In this document: in pieces, positions 34,263 to 38,175 of the stretch
How positions within the stretch are numbered: position 1 is the stretch's first letter
Layout: every line of letters starts with the position of its first letter
Assembly: GCF_006345805.1 (NCBI RefSeq)
Contig: NW_021835832.1
Location: 1 to 38,175 of the forward strand
DNA: 38,175 nt
Source: Octopus sinensis
Taxonomy: Eukaryota
Direction of reading: 5' to 3'
Notes under the pieces: generated by a model
What the model was told of the DNA's origin: nothing
Databases searched by the model: none
Seen by the model: the letters and a program-made list of their open reading frames with translations, nothing else
Program-made: the position numbers and the translations under genes

Positions 34263-34639
34263 CTATACACATTATACACACCGGATTGTTTTAAGCCAAG
34301 AATATACAACATTACACGTTTCTTCACACTAGCCACCTATTACGATAGCATATACTACGGAGTCACTCACCGCTACTACAACGCAAGCTACACGACACAT
34401 TTCTACACAACAATCACTCATTACTGCAACACATATTTCACAAACCACCACTCAACACTATAACACAACACATATTCTGCAAAAACACCACTTTATACTA
34501 TAACATGTACTGTACAGTCACCACCCGATGTTGTTACGCAATCGACAGGGAAGATCTTCGACACAAGTCGATTCCATTACGACAAAAACTTCCAAAGCAA
34601 ACAGCAACTAAGTGAAAACAACAGGAGATCGATATGTGA

Positions 34640-34873
34640 TTCATAAACACACATATATAGATATGCACAGACACACAAGCACACACGCACGCATGAACAC
34701 ATACTCACACACACGCACACACACATATGTTCACAAAGACGCACAGACAATGTACAGGCACACAGACGCGCACACGAACACGCACTCGCGTGCACACACA
34801 CACACACACACACACAGATAGACGCCCACAGACACATACAGACACAGGCACACATAGATGCAGACTTATACAT

Positions 34874-34908
<35 letters not shown>

Positions 34909-36560
34909 AACAGACATGCACACGTAAACACACACACACACACACGTGCGCTCACAGGCGAACACGCACAGACACACGCACAAACATGAAGTCACACACA
35001 TACACACAGTTACGCACAGACACGTACAGACACAGACACACAGATACATACACTTGCACGCATACACACACACATACGTACGCTCACAGACACACACGCA
35101 GGCGAGCATGCACTCACACATACAGACAAGCATATAGGCACGTACACACACCCACACACATATATACATACATCCTCATAAGTATGTGCGTATGTGTGTT
35201 TGTGTGTGTGTTTGTGTGTGTGTGCATCCTATATATGCATGTGCATGTAACATGCAACGACGTACACATACATACATACGTAATATACAAATATCAAAAC
35301 GCACACACACATACACACATACACGTATACAACTACACATAAAGCAGAAATACGAAAATACACTCATACATGTACACACACACAAATACACACGTACATA
35401 TTAAAACACTCACACACATAAACACACACAAATACACTCATATAAATAAACACACACGCAGACATAAACATACACAAACACACACAGACGTACACACACA
35501 TTCATATAAACACACACCACACACAGAGACGTACACACACAAATACACTCATACATATAAACACACACACACACAGACGTACACACACAAATACACACAT
35601 ACATATAAACACACACACACACACAGACGTACACACACAAATACACACATACATATAAACACACACCACACACACACAGACGTACACACACATACATATA
35701 AACACACACCACTCACACAGACGTACACATACAAATGCACACATACATATAAACACACCACACACAACAGACGTACATACACAAATACACAACACACATA
35801 CATGTAACACACACCACACACACACAGACGTACACACACATACATATAAACACACACCACTCACACAGACGTACACATACAAATGCACACATACATATAA
35901 ACACACCACGCACACACACAGACGTACATACACAAATACACACATACATGTAAACACACACCACACACACACAGACGTACACACACATACATATAAACAC
36001 ACACCACTCACACAGACGTACACATACAAATGCACACATACATATAAACACACCACGCACACACACACACATAAACGCACACAGACGTACACAATATATA
36101 AATATCAGAATGCTACACTCACCATACCCCACGCACACACACATAATTACAAACATACACAGACTTGCACTTACACACACAGACACACACACACATACAG
36201 ACATACATATATATATATGAAAATGCCGCATAGATACACTTACACATATACAAACACATACACACACTGACGTGCATACACATATGCAAATATCAAAATG
36301 TCACACACACAAACACACACACATACACACACAAACACATCCATACACAAAATAGTACATACACACACGCTCTTGCTCATACATATACATAATATACAAC
36401 TATCAAAATACCACACACAATATACACAAATACATATATACACACACACACACTGCCATACGCTTATACTCACATATATACTCACATGCACACATATTCA
36501 CACATACACACACATACACACGTATATGCACAAATAGACACATACTTTCTCATACACATA
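34640..36560. repeat. CA-rich degenerate tract containing an AGACGTAC-cored minisatellite at 35480-36095
   Basis: AGACGTAC occurs 13 times between 35486 and 36090. Confidence 0.93.
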
Positions 36561-36603
36561 CACTTAACATAAAAAATATATAAATAACCTCCGTGTATAT
36601 ATG

Positions 36604-36638
36604 GTAATAATGATAATAAGAATGTCAATAATAATAGC

Positions 36639-36671
<33 letters not shown>

Positions 36672-36715
36672 CATAATAATAATAATAATAATAATAGTAA
36701 TAATAATAATAATTA
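36604..36715. repeat. (AAT)n microsatellite
   Basis: Read directly from the sequence. Confidence 0.93.
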
Positions 36716-37767
36716 CATGTTATATAACGAAGTTATTACAAACTAGTTAAATCCGTAATACTCCAAATATATCTCCTGAAGCCGGTGGTGGTGGCGAACA
36801 CATATATTTCTCCTTTCTGTTTTTTTCACTTTCTCTCTTTCCTTTCGTTTTCGATGTCTTTAACGAATTAACAAAAATTCTTCACAGATTTTAAGCAAAA
36901 TATTTTTTCCCTTCAGATGTTTTCCTTCCCTAAGTATTTCACATTCATTTATATAAGTATTTCACTTACATTCTTTTTCATTTGTTGACTGTAATTATTA
37001 TTATTATTTTTTAATATATTTTTTTTAGAATAAATAAAAAATTTTTTTAACATTTCCAAGGGAAATTTTTTACGTTTTTCAAAGAAATTTTTTTACCTCT
37101 TTTAAAGAAAAAAAATTGCTCAATTATTTTTTTTTTATGATTAAGTTTTTAGAAAATTTTTCTTTTTTACGTTTTGTAAGAATCCTTTTTTTCTTTCTCT
37201 TTTCCTTGAATATTTTTCAGTAAGGCTAAGAAATAAACAACTTGATAATTTGACCATTTGACCATTCAACAATATGACAATTTGTCTAGTTGGCAAATTT
37301 GTCATTCCGAATCGGTAACTTGGTAAAGTTCCTTATTTCCATAGCTGAGATTTAATATTTCATAAATTCTTGTGTTTGTATGTACGTGTGGGTGTGTTCA
37401 CATGCATGCAAGCATGTACGTTGGTACATGTATATGCTTACGTGTATATGTATATATTTATATATGTGTATATATGTTTATGTGTACATGTACGGGTATG
37501 TGTTTATGCATGTAGGGGTATGCGTATATTTATGTGTCTGTATGGCTGTCTGTCTGTCTCTCTCCTCCGCTTCTTAGCACTCCATCACAATCAGCTGTCT
37601 CAAGTGATGGAGATACAAGCTACAATGACACGAAACACAACGATGAAATATATATGAGAGAGAGAGAGAGAGAAAGAAAGAGAGAGAGAATTAAATAGAG
37701 CGGAAGTAGGTAAAGATGGGAGGAAGGTGGAGGGTTTTGGTAGGTGAAAACAGAGCACACGATGGTT

Positions 37768-37775
37768 GAGTAGTG

Positions 37776-37808
<33 letters not shown>

Positions 37809-38175
37809 ATTGTTGTTGTTATTGTTGTCGTTGTCGTTGTTGCTGTTGTTGTTGTTGTTGTTATGGTGGTGGTGGTGGTGGCGGCGGCGGCGGTGGTGGT
37901 ATTGATGGCGGTGGCGTTGTTGGTGGTAGAGGTAGATGCGAGAAGTAGTGTTTGAGGTGCAGATGCTGGGGAGGTTGTAGAAGTTGAAGAAGAAGAAGAA
38001 GAAGAAGAAGAAGAAGAAGAAGAAGAGAAGAAGAAGAGAAGAAGAAGAAGAAGAAGAAGAAGAAGAAGACGACGACGAAGAAGAAGACCAGATGAAGAGA
38101 GAGCAACGTGACAGACAGATGGCTAAATAGATAGATAGATAGATAGATAGATAGATTAGATAGATAGATAGATAG
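37768..38175. repeat. Compound trinucleotide tract (AGT, TGT, GGT, GGC, GAA, GAC) followed by (ATAG)n
   Basis: Read directly from the sequence. Confidence 0.96.

Noticed and set aside
35480-36095. Regularly spaced AGACGTAC cores, and the 19927-20200 units, as CRISPR-like arrays
   Set aside because: The intervening sequences are related low-complexity DNA rather than unique spacers, the context is eukaryotic, and there are no cas genes.
37240-37310. TTTGACCA direct repeats and GACAATTTGTC palindrome as a transposon end
   Set aside because: Too short, with no partner TIR or second copy found in the window.

Overview
This is AT-rich eukaryotic non-coding DNA, probably intronic or intergenic. 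The repeat families and the extreme microsatellite load look like an octopus (coleoid cephalopod) genome; this is my recognition, not a database result. A large share of the window is simple repeats or tRNA-derived SINEs of four recurring families, labelled A, B, C and E here. Decayed pieces of several non-LTR clades are also present: RTE (twice), CRE, R4/Dong and possibly L2-group. There are three kinds of short MITE and an (AAT)n-embedded element labelled D. Nearly all ORFs in the supplied track are microsatellite or SINE artefacts; the only one with clear protein homology is 7778..8470, a dead CRE-clade endonuclease domain. I found no rRNA, true tRNA, CRISPR array or intact gene. The main leads are: (1) two degenerate Penelope-type minimal hammerhead ribozyme motifs; (2) SINE modules exchanged at an exact GAGTA junction; (3) a chain of tiny minus-strand candidate exons that join into an open hydrophobic frame, and a rival plus-strand 138-nt exon using a SINE-borne splice donor, both unproven; (4) a diverged ~330-bp tandem array with a third-position-biased substitution pattern; (5) a ~147-bp higher-order repeat arising inside a CA microsatellite. 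I cannot support a claim of a wholly new biological system from this sequence alone. SINE and microsatellite boundaries are read by eye and are approximate.
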